Shown here piece by piece: positions 1 to 12,056 of a DNA stretch of 38,722 bases. Each line of letters starts with the position of its first letter. The first letter of the stretch is position 1. Below the pieces are notes generated by a model. It ran no database searches. It was not told the origin of the DNA and worked only from the letters and a program-made list of their open reading frames with translations. The stretch is taken from NCBI GenBank assembly GCA_000442015.1, contig KE561047.1, positions 265,341 to 304,062 of the forward strand, in the 5' to 3' direction. The translations under genes and the position numbers were made by a program. The DNA is from Rozella allomycis CSF55 (taxonomy: Eukaryota).

Positions 1-5
1 TGTAG

Positions 6-2796
6 GTATTGTGGAATACATAATCCAAAGTCGGTATTGAAATGTTTGACATGCCAGAAATGGTTTTGTAACTGTTCAGGAAATTCAAAGGGAACGCATA
101 TAGTGCAGCATCTAGTGAGAGCGAAGCACAAGGATGTTTGTTTGCATGCGGATTCCCTTTTGGGAGATACTGTGCTTGAGTGTTATAATTGTGGATGTAG
201 GAATGTGTTTCTGCTTGGGTTTATACCAGCTAAGAGTGATATGGTGGTAGTTATTTTGTGTAGACAGCCATGTGCGAGTGGATCGTCAAAGGATATGAAT
301 TGGGATCTGTCACAGTGGCAGCCTATTATTGAGAATAGAGCGTTTTTGGACTGGATTGTGATACCCCCGACGAAAGAGGAGATTGCTAGATCAAGAAAGA
401 TTACACCTGGAAAGATTGCTAAACTTGAAGAGTTGTGGCAAACGAAGCCTGAAGCTGAATTGGAGGACTTGGAAAAGCCTGGCATTGATGAAGAGCCTAA
501 TCCAGTGCAATTAAAGTAATTTAAGAATGTGAAATATTATAGATATGATGATGCATTTCAGTATCAAGAAATATTTGCACCGTTGGTTAAATTAGAAGCT
601 GAATATGATAAGAAAGTGAAAGAATCGCAAACACAAGATGATATTGTGATTAGATGGGATACGACAACTAGTTCAAAGACATCGATAGCGTGGTTTGTGT
701 TTTCAAAGTTGGATAATGATATAAGATTAGCTACGGGCGATGAATTAAGAATAAAATATAAAGGAGAATTGGCTAAAGGATGGGAGAGTGTTGGATTGGT
801 TGTTAAAGTTCCAAATAATCAAAGCGAAGAGATTGGAGTTGAATTGAAGAGATCAAATAACACTCCAACTTATTTAACACATGGATTCTCTGTAGAATTT
901 GTATGGAAAAGTACTCCCTTTGACAGGTAAATCAGTAGTAGTTTGATTATAGGATGTTGAAGGCTTTGAAAACATTTTCTTTGGATGATAATTCAGTTTC
1001 TAATTACATTTATCATTTAGTGTTGGGACATGAAGTTCCAGTTCAAGTTTTAAAGGCAAATTTACCAAAACGATTTTCAGCGCCAAATCTACCAGAACTG
1101 AATCATTCGCAAGTGTATGCAGTGAAAACTGTTTTACAAAGACCATTTAATCTTATTCAAGGCCCACCAGGTAATTTAATGAATAAAAGTTGAATAAAGG
1201 AACTGGAAAGACTGTTGTGTCAGCTTCTATTGTTTATCATTTGGCAAAGTCAGGTGGTGGTCAAGTGTTGGTGTGTGCTCCTTCCAATGTTGCTGTTGAT
1301 CAACTTTCAGAAAAGATTCATTCCACAGGATTGAAGGTTGTTAGAATCACAGCCAGAAGTAGAGAAGCTCTAGATTCACCAGTTTTGTTTCTTTCTCTTC
1401 ATGAACAAGTTAGAAACTACAAGGGTAATCCAGAAGCAACAAAGTATTTCACACTTAAAGAAGAACAAGGCCATTTAAATGCTGCAGATGAAAAGAAATT
1501 TAGACAAGCGAAAAGTGCATCTGAAATGGATATTCTTAGAAATGCTGATGTTATTTGTTGTACTTGTGTTGGAGCTGGTGACCCTAGATTAAGAAAATTT
1601 AGATTCAAAGCTGTTTTGATTGATGAAGTCACTCAAGCTGCTGAACCAGAATGTTTGATTCCTTTAGTTTCTGGTGCTAGACAAGTTATTCTTGTTGGTG
1701 ATCATCAACAATTGGGTCCAGTGATTATGAGTAAAAAAGCATCAAATGCTGGTTTAAATCAATCTTTATTTGAAAGACTTGTTTTGTTAGGAATCAAACC
1801 AATTAGATTACAAGTTCAATATCGATCTCACCCCTGTCTTTCTGAATTCCCTTCAAATATGTTCTATGAAGGTTCTTTACAAAATGGTGTTACTTCAAAT
1901 GAAAGATTAAGAAAAAATGTAGATTTCCCTTGGCCTGTGCCTGAAAATCCAATGTTCTTTTATTTGACTTTGGGTCAAGAAGAAATTTCACCTTCTGGAA
2001 CTTCATACTTGAATAGAACTGAAGCTGTTAATTGTGAAAAGGTTGTCACAAGATTCTTAAAGGCTGGAATATCTCCATTGCAAATTGGTATCATCACTCC
2101 TTACGAAGGTCAAAGAGCTTACTTGGTTAATTACATGCAATATTCTGGAACAATGCGAAAAGATTTATACAAAGATATTGAAGTAGCCAGTGTTGATGGC
2201 TTTCAAGGCAGAGAAAAAGATTACATTATCCTCTCCTGTGTTCGTTCAAATGAAAAATCTGGAATTGGATTTCTTTCAGATCCAAGAAGATTAAATGTGG
2301 CTTTGACACGTGCTAAATATGGTCTTGTCATTGTTGGCAATCCAAGAGTTTTATCAAAACATGCGTTATGGCATCATTTATTAGTTCACTTTAAAGAAAA
2401 GAATTGTCTAGTTGAAGGTCCTTTATTCCATCTACGACAAAGCATGATCCGTTTCAGTCAACCAAAGAAATTGAACAATGATCGTTTCCACAGGTTCAAT
2501 GACCCAACATCTGAAAACATTCAACCTACCCTTGGCAAAATATCCAAGGAAACTCTCAGTCAAGCAACAATGTTTATGCCATTTCTTTCTCAAGATTTAT
2601 CAATGCTTTCGCAAACGTCAATTTTAGGTTCTCTGCCAATCACTCAGTCAATTTCTCAAGCTGATAGAATCCAAGTACATTTTATTTAATTTAATCATTA
2701 TAGGAATCTAAAGACGAAGATTCTTACAAGCTCGACATTGATAATGATTTCTTTGCTCAAGCTTTTGGCGATGCTTCAAACTTTACCCAGTTTTAA
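6..2796 (+). CDS. UPF1: UPF1/NAM7 nonsense-mediated decay SF1 RNA helicase (5'-partial)
   Basis: CH domain ([22 protein letters not shown]...LECYNCG), Walker [37 protein letters not shown] and [10 protein letters not shown] motifs. Acceptor at 1-5; introns 516-542, 927-952, 1171-1199, 2675-2703; ends ...FTQF TAA 2794-2796. Confidence 0.96.
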
Positions 2797-3317
2797 TATC
2801 CTTGCTGATATCCATCTTCTAGTTGGATTAACCAATCGTTGTCTCGTTTAAAGATGGATTATTTAACACTGGAATAAAGCTGACTTTCTCTTACTAAATA
2901 TATTTTTTTTCGTAAATTGAATACACCTGAATCATCTGGAATATAAATCTAGAGAATAAAAATAACCAAATCTTTATCTTTATTTTCATAATCATGATCA
3001 TTCCTCGCTACTTATATTTAGTAGCATCGATGGAAACTTTTATGGCTATGATCGATATTGAAGTGAATTTCTAAATCCTTAGAACACAGATATATATGAA
3101 CTTATTTAAATTGAAATTTGAAGAGACTACGAATAAATCAATTAAGTGATGCATCTAGAATAAGCTGTCCGTTTATTTGGACTTTTTAGAAATGTAATTC
3201 AATTGTGTTTCAAAGAGTAAGCACTAGTATTCAACACTTAATGCATGTGATTTATTTAAGTTTTCATCTTTGCCATAATGTTATTAAAACCAATTTTGGT
3301 CATGTGGCTAGGCCGAA

Positions 3318-5711
3318 ATGTTTCGATCAATTTTCAAAGTAATACCAACAAGACCACGTCATTCATTACCATTTCTTAAATTTTATTCCATTGGTGGTAA
3401 GATAAATATATTTTAATTGAAAGGATTTAAACTTCCTGGACAAGACCCATTTCCACCTGGCGAGGCACTAAAAAAGTTTGGAATTGACTTGACTGACTTG
3501 GCTAATAAAGGGAAACTGGACCCCGTCATTGGAAGAGAGGAAGAAATAAGAAGAACAATTCAAGTGTAATTACTTTCGCTCATTGGTAGAAATAGACTTT
3601 CTAGAAGGCAAAAGAACAATCCAGTTCTTATTGGTTATTGGAGTAGGAAAGACGGCTATTGCAGAAGTAAAAATAGTTTCAATTTAAAAAAGGGATTAGC
3701 AACACGTATAATTAATGGAGAGGTTCCTGATTCTATAAAGGGCAAGAAGGTTATAAGTTTGGATTTGGGAAGTTTGGTAGCTGGTGCAAAGTTTAGGGGT
3801 GATTTTGAAGATAGACTGAAAGCTCTTTTAAAAGATGTTCAATCAGAGAAGAATGTGATATTGTTTATTGACGAGATTCATATGCTTCTAGGTCTAGGTA
3901 AAGCTGAAGGTTCAATGGACGCATCTAATATGTTGAAGCCTCAACTAGCAAGAGGAGAGTTAAGATGTTGTGGGGCCACAACTTTAAATGAGTGGAAGCA
4001 GATTGAAAAAGATGCTGCCTTGGCCAGAAGATTTCAACCAATTTTGATCCAACCACCAACGGTCGAAGATACTGTTTCAATATTGAGAGGATTGAAAGAA
4101 AGATATGAAAATTTTCATGGGGTTAGAATCTCAGATGCAGCTTTAGTTTCTGCTGCCATAAATTCACAAAGGTATATTTCAGACAGATTTCTGCCTGATA
4201 AAGCAATTGATTTAATTGATGAAGCTGCTTCAAGATTAAGACTTCAACAAGAATCGAAACCAGAAGTATTGCAAGATTTGGATAATTCAATTTTAACGAT
4301 TCAGATTGAATTGGAATCTTTGAGAAAAGAAACTAATAAAGCTTCATTGGAAAGAAGAGAGAAATTAGAAAAGGATTTGGAACTAAAGAAGAAGGAATCT
4401 GAGAAATTGACATTATTATGGTTGGAAGAGAAACAAAAATTGGAAGAAATTAAATCATTGAAGGCTCAATTAGAAGTTGCTAGGAAAGAACTTGAAAATG
4501 CTCAAAGGTCTGGAAATTTAATGAGAGCTGGAGAACTTCGCTACAGTGTCATTCCAGAAATTGAAAAGAAACTTCCAAAAGAAAGGTAGATGAATTGAAT
4601 TGTATTTAATGTAGTGAAGACGAAGTTGAAGATGTTCATCTAGTGAGACAATACGTTACTAGCAATGACATAGCAGCTGTTATATCAAAAGCAACTGGGA
4701 TTCCAATCGCTTCAATGATGAAAGGGGAAAGAGAAAAACTTCTTGAATTGGAAAAGAGGCTTGAGACCAGGGTTGTTGGACAAGATGAAGCCATCAAAGC
4801 TGTTGCTGATGCTGTTAGACTTGGAAGAACTGGCTTTCATAATCCAAAGAGACCAATAGCTTCATTTTTGTTTTTGGGTCCAACTGGTGTTGGCAAGACT
4901 GAATTATGCAAAGCGCTGGCTCAATTCATGTTTGATTCTGAAAATGCAGTTACAAGAATTGATATGAGTGAATACATGGAGAAGTTTTCTTTTAGTAGAT
5001 TAATTGGTGCACCCCCTGGCTACGTTGGCTTTGAGGAGGGCGGTGAATTAACAAACGCTGTTAGAAGAAAGCCTTATTCGATTGTCCTTTTAGATGAATT
5101 TGAAAAGGCACATAGAGAAGTCGCCAATCTTTTGCTTCAGGTTCTTGATGATGGCCACTTGACTGATTCGCAAGGTCGCAAAGTTGATTTCAAAAATACA
5201 ATAATTATTATGACGTCAAACATTGGAGCTGATTTACTTGCTAATGAAGATGAAGGAATCAATTCGGAAACAAGAAAAGAAATCACACTCATGCTGCGTC
5301 ATCAATTTTCACCTGAATTTGTCAACAGAATCGATGAAGTGGTAATGTTTAATAAATTGTCAAAGCAAAACTTGCGTTCAATCGTTGATATCCGCTTAAA
5401 AGAAATGGAACACCTTTTATCAAGTCATCAATTGAAGATTAACGTTTCAGATGAAGCAAAAGCTTATCTAGCAGAAAAGGGTTACGATCCAGTTTTTGGA
5501 GCTCGTCCACTACAGAGAGTTTTACAAAGAGAAGTCATGTCTCCAGTAAGTTAATTCATATTCTTAAACAAAGCTCTCAAAAATGATGATTGATGGATCA
5601 ATTTCTGACAATGAAAGTGTAAACATTAACGTCCAAGAAAGCGAAAATAATCAAAAACATCTTCTAATTGAAAAAATTCCTAAACCTACTCAAATGGTTG
5701 AAAAGTCTTAA
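3318..5711 (+). CDS. HSP78: Mitochondrial ClpB-family disaggregase Hsp78; apparent frameshift in the NBD1 Walker A codons
   Basis: Basic presequence [16 protein letters not shown], no Clp N-domain, [68 protein letters not shown]. Introns 3397-3423, 3566-3595, 3667-3692, 4586-4614, 5546-5573. Frame break at about 3636-3639. Confidence 0.9.
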
Positions 5712-5758
5712 ATAAAAATATGTTCCATCAACAAATGGATTTTTCGTAAATATTTTTG

Positions 5759-6779
5759 ATGCTTTCTCCTCCCAATTCTCGCCATTTATCCGATATTGTA
5801 AAAAGAGCCATTTTCAACAAGGAATTGGCAGAGTCCCTGACGTTTCATCTCGAAGTATAACAACAACTTTCTAATTAATCTAGAATGCTTCAAAAGAAGC
5901 TATCAACAAAATGGTTGAACACTTAATTTCAAGTTTATCTTTTCAAGAAGATCTTGTCAAAGCAACAGCATCTAAAACGGATCGTCTAGTGACTCTGCAA
6001 GTTTTATACGAGCTTTGTCAACTTAATTCGCCTTCAATCCTTGATATTTTACTGATTCCAGTCCCTATTTTAATCTGGATTTACCTAACATCTGAAGGAG
6101 AAAACGAACAAGCCGAATTGGAAACCACTATTCTCCAAATATTCAAAGCAATTCAAGAGTTCCCAACAGTATCTAAAGATTCCACAAAAATTCCTTTATT
6201 ATATCTACCAAACATATACAGTCAAGTAATTTTAAATTTCTCGAATGAAAGGGAATATACCCGGTCCAGAAATCAAACTATTTCATGGTTTACGATGAAG
6301 AGATTATTACCTACAATGCACAAGGAATACCTAACGATAATATAAACGACAGAAATTTGGGATTGATCTTGCATGTATTTATCAAGGAAATCGGCGATAG
6401 GATATCTCTTTACGCGCCAATAGTTCAACTTTGCACAACATACTTGATGTTCAAGTAAATTATAAATCAAATTTTGTCCAGAATTTTGGGAACCAGTATC
6501 AGAAATGTTCAAGAGCCTACTATACATTGCGATAATGAACTGCACAGCAGTATTATAAAGGAATTTGCAATCAGAAACGTCAATAACAAGAGATTTAGAC
6601 TGCATGCAAACCTCTTATTAGAAATGATCTCCCTAGTGGTTTATCTAAAACACAGGGAAGATGAAAATATCTCGTCTTTAGCATCGAAATGCTTCTCGTT
6701 AATTCATAGAAGGGCCAAATTAGATCTTATTCCTGAAGTGATGACCGCTGTAGAATCATACATTGCTAAGGAATTGTAA
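5759..6779 (+). CDS. Hyccin/FAM126-like protein (putative PI4KIII-alpha complex subunit)
   Basis: Spliced ORF (introns 5855-5883, 6226-6251, 6455-6481). Segments VPILIWIYL, IPLLYLPNIY and IHRRAKLDLIPEVMTAVES resemble, from memory, FAM126A LPELIWCYL, IPSLSKPSVY and IIYRAQLELYPEPLLVANA, in the same order. Confidence 0.6.
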
Positions 6780-6790
6780 TAAAGTTTTAT

Positions 6791-7443
6791 TTATATATCA
6801 TCAAATCCAGCTAGTACGTCACCATCATACTCTTCAGTTGTTTGATTTAGCGGATCAGTAATGGGTTCTTCGTCGATCCCCAGGCTTAAGTCGCCTATAT
6901 TAAGAACAATTATCAAGTACCATACGAGTCTCCCAGATCAAAGTCATTGGGAGATAATTGAACACCACATTCTTTTAAAATATTTACAGCCTCCTTTATT
7001 CTGTCGTGTAAAAAATGGGTGAACTTAACTAGATGTCTCAAGTTATCGACCGCCTTCTTTTCAGAGCTATGGTGAGCCCCATCAAAGCCATAGGCCTCCT
7101 TCAGCATTTCAAAAGCCTGTTTTTGAACCATCGGGTCAACTTTGTCCTCATCTTCATGTAAAATCACTACCGCCTTCAAAGTCTCAACAAGCCCTGTCGC
7201 TTTCTTATTATCCATGCATTTGGAGGACGTTTCTAATTCTACCATAATTCTTTTCATTATTTTCATTGCATTTTCATGACGCCTCATAATTAGCGCCTGC
7301 TTTTCCAATTTGCTACTTCTCTTTTGAAGATTCTTGGTCATCGCCTCGAAATTAGTAAATGATTCATCAGTGTGGTCAATATCATCCGTTAACATTGCGT
7401 GGCTGGGGGTATTCATAATATCTTCCATGGCTTGCCCAAGCAT
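6791..7443 (-). CDS. Hypothetical helical/coiled-coil protein with acidic tail
   Basis: 176-aa ORF extended by intron 6895-6920 to a stop at 6791-6793 (...VLAGFDDI). The start could lie further upstream at 7506 (see findings). Confidence 0.65.
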
Positions 7444-7580
7444 TCGGAGCCTATTTCTGAAATTTAATGTTAATTAGCGAATAAATTTTTTGTCAATATT
7501 AGACATTAACCGCAATACTAATGTCAAGTTTAAAAACATAAAGGTTGATTGTTTTGCTTTCGAAGATTTTCATCAATCAG

Positions 7581-8233
7581 ATGATCTTGGTTTTAGTCGC
7601 TAACGGTAATCCGAAACAATGTCATTCTATCAGGAAGCGAAGAAATTGAAACAGTAACGATTGTAGATGTACTGCGAAGAGCGAAATTGGAAGTAGTACT
7701 AGCTTCTGTGTCTAGCCACTTGGAGGTTAAGTGTTCAAGAGGAGTTGTCCTAAAAGCGGATATTCTAATAGATGAAGTGGTCGATACCGTAAATTTGATC
7801 TAAAGTTTTGAAAGAATGACTTTGTGGCGATAGTGCTTCCCGGAGGGTTACAAGGCGCCAAGGCATTTTCAACTTCGTCAAAAGTTCTGGATCTCTTGAA
7901 GAAATTTGACTTTGAAAACAAAATTGTAGCAGCTATATGCGCCGGTAAATATTTGGTTATTTTTCTTATAGGACCTATAGCGTTAGCAAAAGCAGGAATT
8001 GGAAGGGGGAAGAAGGTAACGTCTCATCCTGTAGCGCAAAATGAAATGAAAGGTAAGTTACCGTATTTATCTCAAAAGATTTTCAATTCTCACCTGATGA
8101 TGTTGTAGTTGATGATCATATTGTGACAAGTCGCTGTCCCGGGACAGCAATTACATTTAGTTTGGCATTGGTGGAATTATTAGCAGGAAAGCATGTCAGT
8201 GAGACCCTCGAAAAAGAAATATATTTGAAATAA
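7581..8233 (+). CDS. PARK7: DJ-1/PARK7 (ThiJ/PfpI family) glyoxalase/deglycase
   Basis: MILVLVANGSEEIETVTIVDVLRRA...IVLPGGLQGA...AAICAGP...VTSHP...IVTSRCPGTA. Introns 7606-7633, 7789-7814, 7945-7971, 8053-8078. Confidence 0.9.
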
Positions 8234-8250
8234 CATGTCTATTATTAAAT

Positions 8251-9153
8251 TTATTTCTTCGCACCGGACATAGTTTTCTTCAATTTTTGTACTTCTTTCG
8301 CCAAAAATTTAACTTTTTGATATTTATTAGGTAACTTGTCTAAACTTCGGGTTCTACTTATCGCAAGTTCGTGTCTTAGACGACCTAAAACATCTTCTTT
8401 CTTTTCATTTGTTAAACTTTCGTATAATTTGATTGATATATTGGCGGCTTCATATTTCAAAATATGAGCGTATATTCTCTCCATTAAAAAATCGTCTAAG
8501 ATCTTTTTAGAAAGCATTTCATTAAAATACAACGAAAATTTTTCGTATTTTCTATTGTGAAGCAATGATGTGATGAGAAGTGTGTAATGCCTAACGTCTA
8601 ATTTGTGTCCTAATTACACATTCGTTTGCTATTTACCTTCACTCTGAACATCAAAGAAGAACTTTTCCAGTAAATCAGGGTCCCTGGAGAATAATTGCAT
8701 CATCTGCAAAATTATATTTTCGTCTATAGGAAACTTCATTTCTCTATATTTATCAATGAATGGTCTGATATCAATTTTTTCCTTTTGAGATATCTTTAAT
8801 AGTGAGTCTAAGATTTCCTTATTACATAACTTGTTATTTGACAATACGATGTCTTTAATGTCTGCAATCAAACTCTTTTCATTTTTATGACTGTTAATGA
8901 ACGTGAATATTAGTTCATTGTTAATGCAAGAGTAGTTTTTTATGATTTCCAAAGACGTGCTATAAGAAAAGTCAGTTTTGTTTCTTATTAATTCTTTTAA
9001 TTCGTCTTGTTTAATCGAATTAGCTAGCTTATACAATTCGTGAACTTCACCCTTTTTCTTCAAAGCATTCAAACTGTGAGTGATTTTATGTGACTCTATT
9101 GAAAAAAACCTTTTTAGACGACACGTAGCGTTGAAAATATTGTAACAATGCAT
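8251..9153 (-). CDS. Probable mitochondrial PPR-like helical-repeat protein
   Basis: Two ORFs joined by intron 8610-8636. Presequence-like N-terminus ([18 protein letters not shown]) and a PPR-like unit [36 protein letters not shown]. Confidence 0.55.
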
Positions 9154-9191
9154 TGAGCAAATTTCCACTTTTAGGAAGGAAATTTTCTGAA

Positions 9192-9473
9192 ATGGAAAAG
9201 ACGGAAGCCATTTCGGAACCGTTGGATTTAATAAAACTTTGTCTGGACGAGAGAGTGTATGTGAAATTGCGTGGCGATAGAGAACTCTTTGGTAGATTAC
9301 ATGCTTATGATCAACATTTAAATCTGGTGCTGGGCGAAGTTCAAGAAATAGTCACAGTTGTTGAAATAGAAAATTCACTGAAAAAAGAAAGTGTCAGAAC
9401 GCATGAAAGAGTATTTCCAATGTTGTACGTACGAGGAGACTCTGTAATACTAATTTCTCCTCCCGTCAAATAA
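9192..9473 (+). CDS. LSM3: U6 snRNA-associated Sm-like protein LSm3
   Basis: [40 protein letters not shown]...[15 protein letters not shown]; intronless. Confidence 0.93.
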   Translation: MEKTEAISEPLDLIKLCLDERVYVKLRGDRELFGRLHAYDQHLNLVLGEVQEIVTVVEIENSLKKESVRTHERVFPMLYVRGDSVILISPPVK

Positions 9474-9537
9474 AGTGACCTGCTAGTTTTAATATTTGAA
9501 ATGAAAAATATAATATGTGCTTAATAAATTTATTATT

Positions 9538-10933
9538 CTATAGTGCAGTTAATTTTTCGTCATGTATTTCCAGTGAATCGATGTTGTTAACCAATTCGTC
9601 AACACTAACTACTTCACTTTTATCCACTTTGGCAACTTCTGATAAATCTTTCTCGTAATCTTGAAGAAGAAGCTCCTCGAATTCCTTTTCTATATCATCA
9701 TCATTAATCGTTGGCAGAGATTCGATTTGACGATGAATCGCTTGATCAATATCGTTTGCTTCTTCTAAAATATCTTCAAGCGCATCCATTGTCTCTTCTA
9801 CGTTTTCTATGCTCAATCTATTCGTTTTAAGAATAGATTTGAGGGAGTTAGTACCAGCCTTATAGGCATTAAGGACCTCTAATCATCTATTTAAACAATT
9901 ACCTCTGCTTCAGAATTGGATTTATTTATGTTGTTTAGTATCATTTCGAGATTAAGAAAGCAGTCTGTTTGCTTTGCTTGCGTTTGTAGAACTAAATTCT
10001 TATGTTTCAAGGTCATCTTTGCCATATTCTTGTCTCCACTTTTGACGTACTTTTTGGCAGTTTCTGTAAGGCTGAGAACTTTTTTGGATAATTCTTCTAA
10101 TTGGATTTTTAAAACCTGCTGAGCTCTCTTAACTTGATAAATGCCATTAATTGTCTCCGTCTCCGAGACAGGAATTTTAATACCATTACAAATACGAATA
10201 ATCTATAAAGTTTGAATCCCTAAACTTACAAGATTGTTCAATGATCTAGGAAGGTTGGGATTGGTTAATGAAATTTGAACATTTTTGCAACGATTCAAAG
10301 CGTGAAGTAATATTTCAGCATCTAATTCCGATATTTTATCAATTTCAAGTACGTTTTCCAGCAACTTGAGAAAATCAGGCCAATTCATTATACTATCTGT
10401 AAAATCAACAGGTGCGTTATATTTGCTATCAAACTTGCTTAACAGGCCCTAAGAAATCGGAGAAAATTATCATAATTACATTCACAGATTCAATTGAAAC
10501 ATATTCAGTACAATTGGATTTTAGGAAACGAGATAACGGTGTGAACCCCAGTAAACTTTTAACTGACCATAGAAGCCAACTTTCTGAAGAAAGATAATCA
10601 TCTTTTAAAACTATTAAACCTCGTTTCTTCCATTCTTCCTTTTTTCAAAACTTGAACAATCCTTACAAATACTGCATCGAAACCTAAAGGAGAAGCTTGA
10701 TCGTGCTTTATAGTTTTTTCCAATTCTTTTCTGTCGATAACACATCTATGTTCACTCAATAGACCCATTTGAGTCATATCGGTTAAGGCCTTAATCCAAA
10801 AGTCAACTTTGGCTTTATAACCAGTTGGATTAACATCTTTAAGAATGTCTAATGGTCCGAATAGGGATATGATAGTATCTTTGTCTTTCCACTCGTTTAA
10901 AGAGGAGAGAAAAGAGCTGATTTTATCTGACAT
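9538..10933 (-). CDS. CHMP7: CHMP7/Chm7 ESCRT-II/III hybrid protein
   Basis: N-terminal VNPTGYKAKVDFW winged-helix region plus C-terminal Snf7 domain (VLNAYKAGTNSLK...IENVEETMD...DDIEKEFEELL). Introns 10639-10666, 10449-10479, 10203-10229, 9877-9902. Confidence 0.8.
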
Positions 10934-10978
10934 TATAGAAATTTCAAAAACTGCAGTGGAATTATTAAGCAGCAAAAT

Positions 10979-12025
10979 TTATTGGATAGATGCACTTATA
11001 ACAAGTTTTCTCATCTGATCTAAGAGAAATTCATCTGGAATAATCGGAGTAATCTGCTGAATTGTAGCTTCTGGCGTCAATTGTCGCGTGTTAAACCTTG
11101 AAATTATCCCAGCAAATTTTTCAAATTGCTCTGTCGTGACTATTTTCTTGATTTTTTTGTACAAGGTAGGGGCATCGATAGAAACAGTATCATGATAAAA
11201 TGTTTTTGAATCACCAAATTTATGTTTGTTCGTTGTGTTATTTAAATCGGATTCGAAATTGTTAACATTTTCAAGACTTGCGGATTTAGATAACTTGTTT
11301 TAATTTAAAATTATATTATTACAGAGTCTTGAATTCTGGAATGAAGCTGTTCCATGTCCAATGGCTTGTCATTGTTACTCATCTGGCTTTCCTTAAAATA
11401 GCTTTGGGTAATCTTTTCTTAATTACTTTTACTCATTACCTGAAAAGAATGATCATCTTCGTGGATCGCTGGTTTTTGTTCATCTTGAAGTATACTGGCA
11501 TCCAAAACGTATGACATTTTTCTTCCGGGACGATTATTGCCGTTCAAAGCATCAATATCTTCCTTGCTACTTTTCCTTGAATTCGTATGGCTATCTCGAA
11601 ACTGCAACCTTGTTTGCTCTTGAACAGGTGAATCCAATCCCGTTCCGAATTCAACTACACTGAGTATTGATTTTCTAAAATTTTCTAATTGCGCAGCAGA
11701 TCTTTTCACATTTGAGTATTTTTCTTTCCATTCCTGCACACCAAATAACAAATCCCGCTTTTCACTCTGAAGGGCTTTAATTTGCGCTTCAAATTCATTA
11801 TTTTTAATTTTGAGAGATGAATTTTCATGTTCTAATTGTGAAATCGATATTATTAGGCTATAAACTTTACTCGATCTCGTAGTTGTGAAAACTGGGACTT
11901 GAACTCTTGTATTGCCGTTTGCGTATCTAGCTGCTTTTTCTCGTAAAATTCTCGCAATGCCGTCAATAAATTATTGAATTCCTTTGCTGTGAAAATATCG
12001 CTATTACTTTGTTTTCAAAATCCAT
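10979..12025 (-). CDS. Coiled-coil protein with At4g15545/NAIP-like motifs
   Basis: Coiled coil ending QLENFRKSILSVV, low-complexity linker, C-terminal IDAPTLYKKIKKIVTTEQFEKFAGIISRFNTRQLTPEATIQQ. Introns 11982-12007, 11845-11870 (GT-CG?), 11413-11439, 11294-11322. Confidence 0.6.
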
Positions 12026-12056
12026 TGAGAAAATTCGCACATTTTGGAACAATAGT

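Noticed and set aside
2810-2859. 9-bp inverted repeat (ATCCATCTT/AAGATGGAT) just after the UPF1 stop
   Set aside because: A short stem in AT-rich DNA with no recognisable ncRNA or SECIS motif; compatible with chance.
2994-3149. Possible small spliced ORF (MIIPRYLYLVASMETF...) with a 27-nt intron-like segment in the UPF1-HSP78 gap
   Set aside because: Under 50 aa, atypical GTGAAT donor and no recognisable homology; cannot be supported.
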